Virus record (IMG/VR): IMGVR_UViG_3300036770_003016
Strand: one strand, 5' to 3'
DNA: 64,000 nt
Source of the DNA: a virus
A program made the translations under genes and the position numbers. Shown one piece after another: positions 18,467 through 27,938 of the stretch. Under the pieces are notes generated by a model. It did not search any database, was not told the DNA's origin, and was given only the letters and a program-made list of their open reading frames with translations. How positions within the stretch are numbered: the stretch's first letter is position 1; each line of letters opens with the position of its first letter.

Positions 18467-19020
18467 TTGACAGTTAATGTTGCAGGATCAGATGTCACTG
18501 TGTCAGCACCTGTTGCAGAAACAGCAACTCTAAATTCATTTCCATTAGCATACCAAGAGTCAGTGCTCTCAACAGTTAATGTCTGAGAAGTAGCACCATT
18601 AATCTCTGTCCATGTTACACCAGAGTCATTGGTATAAGACCACTGATAAGAAACTGTTGCGCCACGGGTAGCTGTAGCTGAAGAAGTAAATACTGCTTCT
18701 GCTGGACTTGTAACTGTTGTATTTGCTGGTGGTGTTCCAATAGTAATAACTGGATCTGGATCGATAGTATCGTTATCAGTAACGATAGAACCCATTGCAA
18801 CTAGGCATTGATATGTTACACGACCTTCACGACCGCCAGTTCCCTCAGTACGAAGGTTCCAACCTGCGAGTGCGCTGTTAGTTACAGCTTCTTCTGGATC
18901 TAAAGCAAATGTTCCAACTGGTGTTTGTCCATAAGCCTCAACACCAGTCGCACCATTTGTAGTATCTACTGTGTGCTTTGGTGCAGAAGATGCTTCATCT
19001 GTATTTGACCATAAAGCCAT
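18463..19020 (-). CDS. Ig-like domain virion protein
   Basis: C-terminal Ig fold pattern: ITIGTPP, VSYQW, INGATSQTLTV, FRVAVS, TSDPATLTV. Confidence 0.8.
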   Translation of the reverse strand: MALWSNTDEASSAPKHTVDTTNGATGVEAYGQTPVGTFALDPEEAVTNSALAGWNLRTEGTGGREGRVTYQCLVAMGSIVTDNDTIDPDPVITIGTPPANTTVTSPAEAVFTSSATATRGATVSYQWSYTNDSGVTWTEINGATSQTLTVESTDSWYANGNEFRVAVSATGADTVTSDPATLTVN

Positions 19021-19044
19021 TTTTTTCTCCTTGAAATTTATGTT

Positions 19045-20058
19045 TTATTTATCTTCTTTTACTATCTCACTTGAAAGCACAGGTTTTTCCTGATATGTTT
19101 CTGAATCATTCTTTTTCTTTTTGACAATCTCTTTGATGATCTCTGATCTGCGAGATTCTTCTAAAGATTCTTTAACTGGTTTTGTATACTTCTTCATCGC
19201 CTGTCTTGCAAGGTGGCGTGCTGTAGAATAACCAGCACCTTGTTTACCAGCAATTGCTTGTTTCTTTGGTTTGTCTGGTGTAAATGGTGGTTTGAGTCTC
19301 TCTGTCTCTTGTCTTTCAATCTCTTGATTCTTATAGTATCCTTCTTCAAGATCAACTTCTTCTTTCTTCATGTCTTCAATTTCTTTTTTCTTTTGATCAC
19401 GAAGTTTTAGATAGTAGTCAGGATCAGGAAGACCTCTTCTCTTTCTTTCATCATCATGTGCTTTTTGTAGAGATTTTGATGCTGGAACTGAATCATATTC
19501 TTCTTCAGTAATTTCAACTGATTCACTATAATGTTGAGCATTTCCAGTACTTAGATGTTTCTTAAGTGCGTTGTGTATTTTACTTAGACCTGCTCTGATA
19601 TGATTCTCAGCCATTTCACCAGCAGCATAACCATGATGTCTTAGAATTTCACCATGCATATGATCTATTTTGTTTCCAATGAATTGACCAACACCACCTG
19701 CGGCAGTACCAAGAAGACTTTCATCAATCTCTTCTTCTTTAACCATACCAGTACGGCGTTTCTCACCCTCAATGAAAGAATGGAGACTTTCAAACTCACT
19801 AAAAGATTTAGCAACTTTTACTTGATACCACTCTTCTACTTCACCACCCTTTTCAATGTATTCCAAAATTTCTTTACATGCATATGAAATAAAATGTAGT
19901 TGAGATTGTGTCATCTCAACTTTTTCTGTAGTATCAGTTTCTTCCTTCATTTTCTGCATTGGTTCTTTATTTGGTTTCTGCTTATAAGTCATAGCAGCCA
20001 TAGAAGGCATATCTGGTTCTACATTAGTTTCTCGTACTAACTGTCTAAACTTTTTCAT
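19045..20058 (-). CDS. Probable head-internal modular protein
   Basis: MKKFRQLVRE; EEEIDE, VEITE, EEVDLEE spacers. Confidence 0.65.
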   Translation of the reverse strand: MKKFRQLVRETNVEPDMPSMAAMTYKQKPNKEPMQKMKEETDTTEKVEMTQSQLHFISYACKEILEYIEKGGEVEEWYQVKVAKSFSEFESLHSFIEGEKRRTGMVKEEEIDESLLGTAAGGVGQFIGNKIDHMHGEILRHHGYAAGEMAENHIRAGLSKIHNALKKHLSTGNAQHYSESVEITEEEYDSVPASKSLQKAHDDERKRRGLPDPDYYLKLRDQKKKEIEDMKKEEVDLEEGYYKNQEIERQETERLKPPFTPDKPKKQAIAGKQGAGYSTARHLARQAMKKYTKPVKESLEESRRSEIIKEIVKKKKNDSETYQEKPVLSSEIVKEDK

Positions 20059-21314
20059 GCCTTCTCCTTCGCAATTTTTGTAGCAGTGGCGTACATTACA
20101 CTTTTTGCACGATCACCATATCTTGCTTTGAACCCTTGTACATTCTTTTTCATTGACTTAACAATCTCTTCTTTCTTAGCAGTTTCTGGTTCAGAAAGTG
20201 TTTTCTCTTCTAGTTCAACTTCTTCTTGTTTTACTGCTTGCACAGAAGCCTTAGCAACTTCAGGTTGTTTCTTTTTTCCTTCCATACTTTTCTTTTGATC
20301 TTCTACTTCTTTAGTAAATTCTTCATTATCTGGTTCTTCTTTCATCATTGCAGCAATGAATTTTAAACCATGTGAATCATATGCTTCTAGAATATCTGTA
20401 AAACCAACTTGAACATCATCTTTTAATTCTCTGCCAGAAACTCTTCTAGAACGAACATAGTTCTGTCTGGCACCATATTTACCTCTTTTTGGTTTCTCAT
20501 CATCTTTTTTATAAGATGATTCACCATGCTCTTCTTCTTTACCTTGATAACCATAGTCTTGTGTCTTTCTTCTTTGACCTGGTTTAGAATCTTTTGGAAA
20601 CTTTTTCTCATATTCTGGTGTTCCTGGCCATAGTGCTTCGTCAAGTTCAACTTCTTCTTTTATTTTCTTTTCATCAGAACTCTTACCAAAAGTGCCATGT
20701 ACTAGTTTATCTAGTTTCTTATGAAATTTGTTTTCTTGAGTCTTAGAAGCTTCTTGAATATCTTCTTTTACTTGTTGACCATGCTTCATAGAGTTTGCTT
20801 TTTCTTTTTCTTTTTGAGCACGAAGAAGTTTAAAGTCATGTGCATCAACTTTTCCATTTTTGTTTGCATCAATCTTATGTTGATTGCCTTTTAATTCCTC
20901 ATCAATTTCTTCTTCCTCTTTAACAGGAACACAATTAGGTACTTTGCGACCATTTTTCATCTTCATGCCAACAGCAGTATACCCTTTCCAACATGCATCT
21001 TTGAGACTACCAGTTGGTTCTTTTACATCTTCTTTATGCATTGCCTTTTCATGTTTAGCAACTTCACCTTTTTTACCATGCATTTTCTTTTCATGTTTGT
21101 CTACGGCTTCTTCTGCCTCGTCTTCACATGATTCTTCTTTTTCTTCTTTTCTCAATACACCACGACCAATCAACACATCTTTGTGTGTGATCTTATCTTT
21201 TGGGTGACCCATTGCAGCAAGTTCTTTTTCCTTTTCTGTTTTTGGAGTAGAACCTTCTAAAATTCTTGCTGCTTCTTCAGCAACTTTTCTAGTGATATCA
21301 TTATTGAATTGCAT
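20055..21314 (-). CDS. Probable head-internal modular protein (K/E rich)
   Basis: EEEIDE, EEVELDE, EEVELEE spacers; CWKGY..VPNCVP module; EF-hand-like DANKNGKVDAHD. Confidence 0.65.
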   Translation of the reverse strand: MQFNNDITRKVAEEAARILEGSTPKTEKEKELAAMGHPKDKITHKDVLIGRGVLRKEEKEESCEDEAEEAVDKHEKKMHGKKGEVAKHEKAMHKEDVKEPTGSLKDACWKGYTAVGMKMKNGRKVPNCVPVKEEEEIDEELKGNQHKIDANKNGKVDAHDFKLLRAQKEKEKANSMKHGQQVKEDIQEASKTQENKFHKKLDKLVHGTFGKSSDEKKIKEEVELDEALWPGTPEYEKKFPKDSKPGQRRKTQDYGYQGKEEEHGESSYKKDDEKPKRGKYGARQNYVRSRRVSGRELKDDVQVGFTDILEAYDSHGLKFIAAMMKEEPDNEEFTKEVEDQKKSMEGKKKQPEVAKASVQAVKQEEVELEEKTLSEPETAKKEEIVKSMKKNVQGFKARYGDRAKSVMYATATKIAKEKA

Positions 21315-21331
21315 TTTAGTTCTCCTGAGTT

Positions 21332-22600
21332 TTAGTTATATTCTTCCCATGTCAATGACGCCACGGCATCATCGTTGTTTGTTGTTGCAATAGCTGATAC
21401 AACAAAAGTTTCCATAGTTCCATCTATTGTTGTTCTTAACTGATAACTTGAATTGTATTTTTTGAAGTCTACATTGGTTTGATTGACACCTGCACCACCC
21501 ATAAACATACCTTGTAACAAATTATCCCCACCAGACAAAGCAGTTCCAGTGATATTATATTCTACATGACTTTCTGGACCAGCACTTACCCATGTGCCGC
21601 CAGTAACAGTTGCATTTTGCAACATTCTGTAATTGAATGGTGTTGATTGTAACCCATATAAGTCTGCTGCGACTGGAACAACAACGCCGCCTGGTCTGTC
21701 TACTTTCAAACGAATTGCAATCATTGGTCTTGAAGTTACATTTGATAACTCAATACCTGTAAGTGGTGTTGATACTGCATGTGTAACTACTCTTGGACTA
21801 TGACCACCTTCTGATATGACCGTATTACAAATGTGTTCTAATGTGGTATTACTTGCAGTTGTTCCTGTATTTGTAATTTCATATCGTAAAGGTAAAGTTG
21901 CAGTTGTCATGTAAACAGAAGTAATCTTGTTTGCATGATGAAATTTGTGTGCAGTTAAAATGCGACCATCAACAACAAAACCAATGCGAATTGTACCAGC
22001 ACCTAACCATTCAAAATCAGACCAAAAGATTTGTGTCTTTGAAAAATCAAGAGTTACTTTACTGTAACCTGTTCCATCAAATTTATCTTCAGACCATTGC
22101 GATTGTGGAATTCTTTCTTCTTCAACAGAACCAGTTCTGAAACTTCTTTTTACAATGTATGCAGTTGTGCCATCATGTTCCAAATAAACACCATTTCTTG
22201 TATCAAAATAACCAATTCTTTGACGAACATTGGCCTTTGGTTGCATTGTACCAGTACTGAGTGTAAGTAAACTTTTTCCTGGTTGATAATGAAAGTATCT
22301 TTTTGTTTGACGAATAACTGAATCATTGTTCGCAGTACCAACTGTCATCAATACAGATGAAGTATTTGGTGAATGAACAACTGTTGTGTTTGCAGTATTT
22401 GATATAGACCAATTTCTTGTATCATCAGTATATCTCAATGTACTATCAAAAATTGTATGTGGTTCGGAAACACGAATACGACCAAAAGCATCACGAATTG
22501 TACCACCAGGTGATAGCTGATCGTCAAGCATGAACACCTCAAAACGAGTTGTTACTTGACCTGAATCAATAATCTTAAGATCGTTACGATATTGTGCCAC
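21332..22600 (-). CDS. Beta-rich virion structural protein (lectin-like)
   Basis: Thr/Val/Gly-rich; DAFGRIRVS, YQPGKS, EWLGAG motifs; GTG start. Confidence 0.65.
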   Translation of the reverse strand: MAQYRNDLKIIDSGQVTTRFEVFMLDDQLSPGGTIRDAFGRIRVSEPHTIFDSTLRYTDDTRNWSISNTANTTVVHSPNTSSVLMTVGTANNDSVIRQTKRYFHYQPGKSLLTLSTGTMQPKANVRQRIGYFDTRNGVYLEHDGTTAYIVKRSFRTGSVEEERIPQSQWSEDKFDGTGYSKVTLDFSKTQIFWSDFEWLGAGTIRIGFVVDGRILTAHKFHHANKITSVYMTTATLPLRYEITNTGTTASNTTLEHICNTVISEGGHSPRVVTHAVSTPLTGIELSNVTSRPMIAIRLKVDRPGGVVVPVAADLYGLQSTPFNYRMLQNATVTGGTWVSAGPESHVEYNITGTALSGGDNLLQGMFMGGAGVNQTNVDFKKYNSSYQLRTTIDGTMETFVVSAIATTNNDDAVASLTWEEYN

Positions 22601-23518
22601 TTAGCAATTCCACTTTCTTAATGCTTTGTTAATACGAGAATCTGGATCATTTGCTGTCTTAGCAGATGTCAATCGTTTTTTCATGCCACCCATTCTGGCA
22701 CAAAATGATTTGCGTCTCTTTGCAGACTTAGAATCTGGGTCTAGTTTAGATGGTTTTGTAGTCACAGCAGTCTGTAACTTTGAACCTGGATTCTCACGGC
22801 GATATGATTCAACACCTTTTTGATTCAGACCACCTTCAGGATTTTTACCTTCTTTTCTCTGCCATGCTGCAACCTCATCAAGTTCAACTTCTTCTTTTAC
22901 TTTTTTATATTGTTTCTGCAATACTTTTAATGCATCTTTTGTTACTTTATCAGTTTTTTCTGGTTTTGCTTTTTTACCTACTGGCAATCCTTCTGCACCA
23001 CGACTGGAAGATGGTTGAGATTTATCCATTTCATCAAGTTCAACTTCTTCACTATATGAACGATTACTTTTTGGATCATAACCACCTAAAGGATATGCTG
23101 AAGGTGATGGGGGACGAGGAGCAATTGGTTTCTTTGCAGCTGCTTCATGTCTCTTTTTTACTTCTTCTGCATCTTTTGCTCTTGACTCTGGTGTTGAAAC
23201 TTTTGCATTAGGAAATCTCTCTTTTGCAAATTTAGCAACATAAGAATCTTCTTCTTTGATATGGCCATATTTTTTCTTATACCAATTAGGCATACCATTT
23301 TTTTGTCTGAAATATCTAACTGTTGCAGAATCATTTGCTTGATCACGATACTTGTTTTCTGCTTGAGTATTGTGTCCTTTCATTGCTTCTGCTGCTTTAT
23401 GAGCATCTTTAGCAATATAAACAAGTTCTGCATCTGTTTTGCGATGGTATTCGTGTCCTTCAAGTGGGTGTCTTTGAGAAGGGCGACCTTCTGTTATGTA
23501 AGATTTAAATGACTTCAT
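22601..23518 (-). CDS. Probable head-internal modular protein with conserved C-terminal basic domain (DUF6321-like)
   Basis: MKSFKSYITE; two EEVELDE; WQRKEGKNPEGGLN...RRKSFCARM..DSRINKALRKWNC. Confidence 0.7.
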   Translation of the reverse strand: MKSFKSYITEGRPSQRHPLEGHEYHRKTDAELVYIAKDAHKAAEAMKGHNTQAENKYRDQANDSATVRYFRQKNGMPNWYKKKYGHIKEEDSYVAKFAKERFPNAKVSTPESRAKDAEEVKKRHEAAAKKPIAPRPPSPSAYPLGGYDPKSNRSYSEEVELDEMDKSQPSSSRGAEGLPVGKKAKPEKTDKVTKDALKVLQKQYKKVKEEVELDEVAAWQRKEGKNPEGGLNQKGVESYRRENPGSKLQTAVTTKPSKLDPDSKSAKRRKSFCARMGGMKKRLTSAKTANDPDSRINKALRKWNC

Positions 23519-25848
23519 CCTATTGGCCTCTTTGATCTAAATGTTTTTAGGTTCATACCTTTTTTCTTTAAACCATCTTCAACTTGTGCAGATATAGATG
23601 CAGTTGTTTCATCACCAGTAAGTTCTTCTAATGGTTTTTTAATTTGTTTTACTTTTAATGTACCACGACTCATGTTCTCACCTGATGCAGCCATTGAAAG
23701 ACCAGGTTCTATCCCCTTGTCGATCTCGCTGAGGGTTTCTTCTTGAAGTTTCTCTTTTTTTGCCCTGATTTCTGCGAGGGTAATTTTTGTGGTTCTGGTT
23801 TCTTGGCTGGTTTCTTTTGTGTTACTGAGTCTGTAATCTGATCGTTCACTGAGGAGGGCAGAGACTTCTTGTTGATCTTTGGTTCTACCCGAATATTCGG
23901 TGGAATCTCTGAGTACTTGTTGACTTTCTCTGTTGCTGCCCTCACTGGACCATCCAATGGATGACTCTGTGGTTTCTCTTCCGTCATTCCAAAAAATTTC
24001 TGTAATAGTTTCATTAACATCGTTATTCTCCTTTAATTGCACGACATAACCGTTTTTGTATCTCAAGACCAATCCATTGTGTGTATGTGCTTCTTTTGCT
24101 GCAGCAGCTCTTAACATAAACACACGAACACGACCAGTCTTATCTTTCATTAACTTAGGTTCTTTTTCTTCACCTATCTTAAAATCATGTTCATCAATTG
24201 CATTACCAAGCAATAATAGATTCAATGCAGATGAGTCTGATAGTTCATATGATTCTTTGAACATCTTATCAAAAGCACTAAGTCTTGGTTTTGATTTTTT
24301 ATTCTCAACCTTTGGTTTAGGTTTAGATTTTGGTGTACCAGATGAACTAGAAATAGGTATCTTTTGTTGTTTTTGTTCTTGTGGTTTTACTTCGACAAGT
24401 TTATCATGTACAGAACGATGTGTCACTCTTCCATTTTTGCCGTATCTACCAAACCCGTAATACTTAAGTCCCAATTCTTTTGCCTGTTCTGCTGCTCTAG
24501 AACCTTCATGTGGAACAATCTCTTTACTTGTGTCTACTTTATATGTGTCTTTTTTATCTAGTTCTGCTGCAACCCATTCTTTTGCAGCTTTATTCTTAGG
24601 TGGTGCCGTAACAAATTTTTGTACAGTTTTAAATAACTCTGTAATTTCTTTTTCTTTTTGTTGCACTACTTCTGGTGGTGCATTTCTTAAATCTTCTGAG
24701 TTATCAAACTCTGTATAGTTTTGTCCAAACAATTTTGCATATTCAGGTCTTGCAGCCTGTACAGCATCCCATTTCTGTTTACGAATGTCTTCTGGTACTG
24801 TGCGACCACCTCTTTGTCCTCTTTCTACATTCCTTGCAGCAGAGACTTCATCATCAGTATTGACCATGATTCCACTTGTTTCATAACCATGTTTCTCAAG
24901 ACTACTTTTAATTCTTTTAATCTTTTCTACATCATCACCTGTACCATTAATAATGAGTCCATTCTTTCCAACAAGTGCCAAGTATTGTTTTAATTCAGTA
25001 ACATTTTTTGCACGACTACGAACAGCATTTCTAACTTCTGTTTCGGATTTAGGCATTGTCTTATCAAGACCTTCTTTGTCCATAAGAAACTCAAATGCTT
25101 TATCAGAATTAATTTCAATCAGACCTTGATTATCGAGTGTTCTAGATAACACATAATCTTTTCCAGAACCTGGGCCACCAAAAAGAAATACTGCTTTGAA
25201 TATAGATTTATCGTGAACACCTTCTACCAAGAATTCTTCAAACTCTTCGTTAATGTCTTCTCTAATCATCATTCCTTTGCGAACATCATTGTACATTGCC
25301 TTGACTGTATCAAGTGGCATCGTAGATGGAGCACCTTTTTTAAATTTTGCAAATTTTCCTTGTGCAGCAAACTCACGCATTTTAGATGCAGAAATACCAG
25401 CAACTCCATCTGCATCAGGGTCTCTTTCTCCAGCAGAATGAACTTCTATCTTTTTGAATTTGAAAAGATCACCATTGTAAGTATTAAGTAATCTTTTGAA
25501 TTCTGGCACACGATCAGAACCACCTACCATGTGTAGATGTGTATAACCTGCCTTATACAGGTCTGCGGCTTGTGATAGGAAATTAGGGGAAGTTGCGTTT
25601 GAAGATTTGAATGTGACGCCAGGAAAAGACATCTTGGCGTATTTGACTTTTTGTGCTGCGGAGAGTGGATTTTTCTTTTTATCTTGTGTGTGGGAAAGAA
25701 TTATGATTGCTTTTCCACCAACTTCTTGTGCTACAGCCTTGACTTTTTTAACCAATTCTTGGTGGCCGTTGGTAATAGGATTCATGCGGCCAAATGCCAT
25801 AACCACATGTTTTTCTTCTTTTTCAGTAAGGTATTCTTTAAATCTCAT
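23515..25848 (-). CDS. Cytidyltransferase-like (HIGH-class) nucleotidyltransferase fused to a P-loop kinase (PNK/zeta-toxin-like)
   Basis: FGRMNPITNGH, GSDR, SASKMR; GGPGSGK, INSD, RNVER..RTVPE; N-terminus MRFKEYLTE. Confidence 0.8.
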   Translation of the reverse strand: MRFKEYLTEKEEKHVVMAFGRMNPITNGHQELVKKVKAVAQEVGGKAIIILSHTQDKKKNPLSAAQKVKYAKMSFPGVTFKSSNATSPNFLSQAADLYKAGYTHLHMVGGSDRVPEFKRLLNTYNGDLFKFKKIEVHSAGERDPDADGVAGISASKMREFAAQGKFAKFKKGAPSTMPLDTVKAMYNDVRKGMMIREDINEEFEEFLVEGVHDKSIFKAVFLFGGPGSGKDYVLSRTLDNQGLIEINSDKAFEFLMDKEGLDKTMPKSETEVRNAVRSRAKNVTELKQYLALVGKNGLIINGTGDDVEKIKRIKSSLEKHGYETSGIMVNTDDEVSAARNVERGQRGGRTVPEDIRKQKWDAVQAARPEYAKLFGQNYTEFDNSEDLRNAPPEVVQQKEKEITELFKTVQKFVTAPPKNKAAKEWVAAELDKKDTYKVDTSKEIVPHEGSRAAEQAKELGLKYYGFGRYGKNGRVTHRSVHDKLVEVKPQEQKQQKIPISSSSGTPKSKPKPKVENKKSKPRLSAFDKMFKESYELSDSSALNLLLLGNAIDEHDFKIGEEKEPKLMKDKTGRVRVFMLRAAAAKEAHTHNGLVLRYKNGYVVQLKENNDVNETITEIFWNDGRETTESSIGWSSEGSNRESQQVLRDSTEYSGRTKDQQEVSALLSERSDYRLSNTKETSQETRTTKITLAEIRAKKEKLQEETLSEIDKGIEPGLSMAASGENMSRGTLKVKQIKKPLEELTGDETTASISAQVEDGLKKKGMNLKTFRSKRPIG
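23709..24020 (-). CDS. Nested +1-frame basic protein inside 23515..25848
   Basis: AAGGAG 7 nt before ATG; natural-looking sequence MLMKLLQKFFG...KKPAKKP. Confidence 0.6.
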   Translation of the reverse strand: MLMKLLQKFFGMTEEKPQSHPLDGPVRAATEKVNKYSEIPPNIRVEPKINKKSLPSSVNDQITDSVTQKKPAKKPEPQKLPSQKSGQKKRNFKKKPSARSTRG

Positions 25849-25878
25849 CTCCGCCTCTACAGCAGTTGTTTAATGTAC

Positions 25879-25886
25879 TATTTATA
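25879..25886 (-). promoter_or_regulatory. T4-type late promoter
   Basis: TATAAATA about 30 nt upstream of 25848. Confidence 0.8.
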
Positions 25887-25907
25887 TAATTTACTCTTTA
25901 CGAACTT

Positions 25908-26810
25908 TCAAATTGTATTTCCATGCAGTTTCAAATATTGTTTGATATCTTTAACAGGATTCCATCCTAACATGTTCTTAGCTTTATCATTATTTGCAAG
26001 TGTTTCTCTTGATTCAGCAGGCCTTGGTGGAATAAATTTTATTAGTGAAGAAATCATTTTTGCTAATTCTAAAATAGAATAATTTTTACCAGTTCCAATG
26101 TTAAAAGTTTCACCAGAAATATTTTTATATTCACCCATAGCTAAAATATTTGCATCAACAACATCACTCACATGAGTAAAATCACGGCGTTGTAATCCAT
26201 CACCAACAATCGTAAGTGGTTCTCCTGCTTTAGCCTGTCGTATAAAGAGACCAACTACTGGTGCATAAGGACCCTTTAATGGTTCTCTTGGACCATAGAC
26301 ATTGAAGTAACGAAAAATAACAGTCTCAAGACCAAACAGTTTTGAATACATTTTACACATTTCTTCACCAGCAGTTTTAGCAACAGAATACGGATTTAGA
26401 CAATCGTTAGGCATTGTTTCTGTTAAAGGTAGAGTATTTTTAAGACCATATGCTGAAGATGTGGAAGAATAAATTACTCTTTTTACTTTTGCTTCTCTCG
26501 CACATTGAAGAACTACGCCAGTTCCATATGCGTTTGTATTAAAACAAAGTAAAGGATTTTGAATTGCAGGCTGAATTCGTGATTCTGCTGCTAGATGAAA
26601 AACATAATCTACACCTTCAAATAAATGTCGTATTCCACAATAATCTGATATATCATTCTTGTAGTATTTGGCACTTGAGTTATACCAAAAATTTTCATGT
26701 GAAGTTGCAGATTCATTATCAATCACAATTACTTCATGGCCAAGTTCACACAATTTATCTACAATGTGACTTCCAATAAATCCTGCTCCACCAGTTACTA
26801 TACTTTTCAT
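25908..26810 (-). CDS. NAD-dependent epimerase/dehydratase
   Basis: GGAGFIGS, YSVAK (YxxxK), YFNVYGP, RDFTHVSD. Confidence 0.92.
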   Translation of the reverse strand: MKSIVTGGAGFIGSHIVDKLCELGHEVIVIDNESATSHENFWYNSSAKYYKNDISDYCGIRHLFEGVDYVFHLAAESRIQPAIQNPLLCFNTNAYGTGVVLQCAREAKVKRVIYSSTSSAYGLKNTLPLTETMPNDCLNPYSVAKTAGEEMCKMYSKLFGLETVIFRYFNVYGPREPLKGPYAPVVGLFIRQAKAGEPLTIVGDGLQRRDFTHVSDVVDANILAMGEYKNISGETFNIGTGKNYSILELAKMISSLIKFIPPRPAESRETLANNDKAKNMLGWNPVKDIKQYLKLHGNTI

Positions 26811-27662
26811 TTAACCACCATATTTAACATTAATTATATTTTCCCAATCCAATATTCTATCATACTGATGAACAATAGGATAAGGCACACCTTTGCTCGT
26901 ACAAACTAAACCATCAATCATTTTGGGTGAAGGTTCAGTCAAATATGTTTTATCATATTTTGGAGCATGAATGTGTAATTGACATGCAAACCCATCTTCA
27001 CTTTTATTAAAGTTTGTAATATTTTTATATGGATTCATCGACATTAAAATATTCAAACTACTTTGATCTTGTATGTACTTTATTCTCTTATCATACATTA
27101 AAGATAAAGTAGTGAATAGATCAAGAACATAATCAAATTCTCCAGATACAATACCAACATTCATCACCAAATCATTTGCAGTTTTATCAAGGAATCTTTG
27201 ACCAAAAACACCTAACATCGTTTCTCTATTCCAAGGCTCATCTTTAACTAATATTGATTCACAACAGATATTTAATTTTTTGTCTCCAATATTATTTTCT
27301 AACCAAACAGAAGGATTTGATTGGAAAATCACATCTCTCACATCAGTAGAAATGATATATCTAAATTTTTCTTCTTTTGCTAAACTTTTCAGAAAGAATG
27401 GTATGTGTTCAAATCGATCATTATTAATATTTAATGGATTTTTATAAACTAGTTTTCTGTTTTCATCATCTCTATCAAATGCAAGAACAATATAATTTCT
27501 TTCATTTAATTTCTCAACAACATCATAATCAATGTTATAGCATACCATTATTTTTTTACCAGTAAACCCACAATTGTCTAGTGAATTTACCCAATTTTTT
27601 ATTTTGTCCCAACCATAATTAGTTATAGCACCAATCACAATATCATTCATACTATTCTCCAA
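26811..27662 (-). CDS. GT-A fold glycosyltransferase-like protein
   Basis: TDVRDVIFQSNP, DQSSLN, IVHQYDR. Confidence 0.7.
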   Translation of the reverse strand: MENSMNDIVIGAITNYGWDKIKNWVNSLDNCGFTGKKIMVCYNIDYDVVEKLNERNYIVLAFDRDDENRKLVYKNPLNINNDRFEHIPFFLKSLAKEEKFRYIISTDVRDVIFQSNPSVWLENNIGDKKLNICCESILVKDEPWNRETMLGVFGQRFLDKTANDLVMNVGIVSGEFDYVLDLFTTLSLMYDKRIKYIQDQSSLNILMSMNPYKNITNFNKSEDGFACQLHIHAPKYDKTYLTEPSPKMIDGLVCTSKGVPYPIVHQYDRILDWENIINVKYGG

Positions 27663-27665
27663 TAA

Positions 27666-27938
27666 TTAACCTCTTGTCAATTTCAAAATCTTTTGCATTT
27701 GTTGTTCTAATACAGGACCACGATTGGGCCAATGTATATATGGTTGAGATGCAGACTTGTAAAGATTAGTTAGGAATGGCATGACAATCTTTTCAACTTG
27801 TGCTAATCTTTGTTTATATTCTTCCACAGTTTCATCTTTTTGAGCAATTACAGCTTCATACTCTGCCTCATCTACAGCTGTAAAACCAAAATCTTGATCA
27901 CCATATTCAGACAGTATTTTATTTAGATCATATGCCAT
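27666..27938 (-). CDS. Conserved hypothetical protein
   Basis: DFGFTAVDE, PFL.NL, YIHWPNR. Confidence 0.75.
   Translation of the reverse strand: MAYDLNKILSEYGDQDFGFTAVDEAEYEAVIAQKDETVEEYKQRLAQVEKIVMPFLTNLYKSASQPYIHWPNRGPVLEQQMQKILKLTRG

Noticed and set aside
16417-23050. CRISPR-like array interpretation of the 21-nt repeats
   Set aside because: The repeats are in-frame coding, irregularly spaced by hundreds to thousands of nt, and vary mainly at synonymous positions
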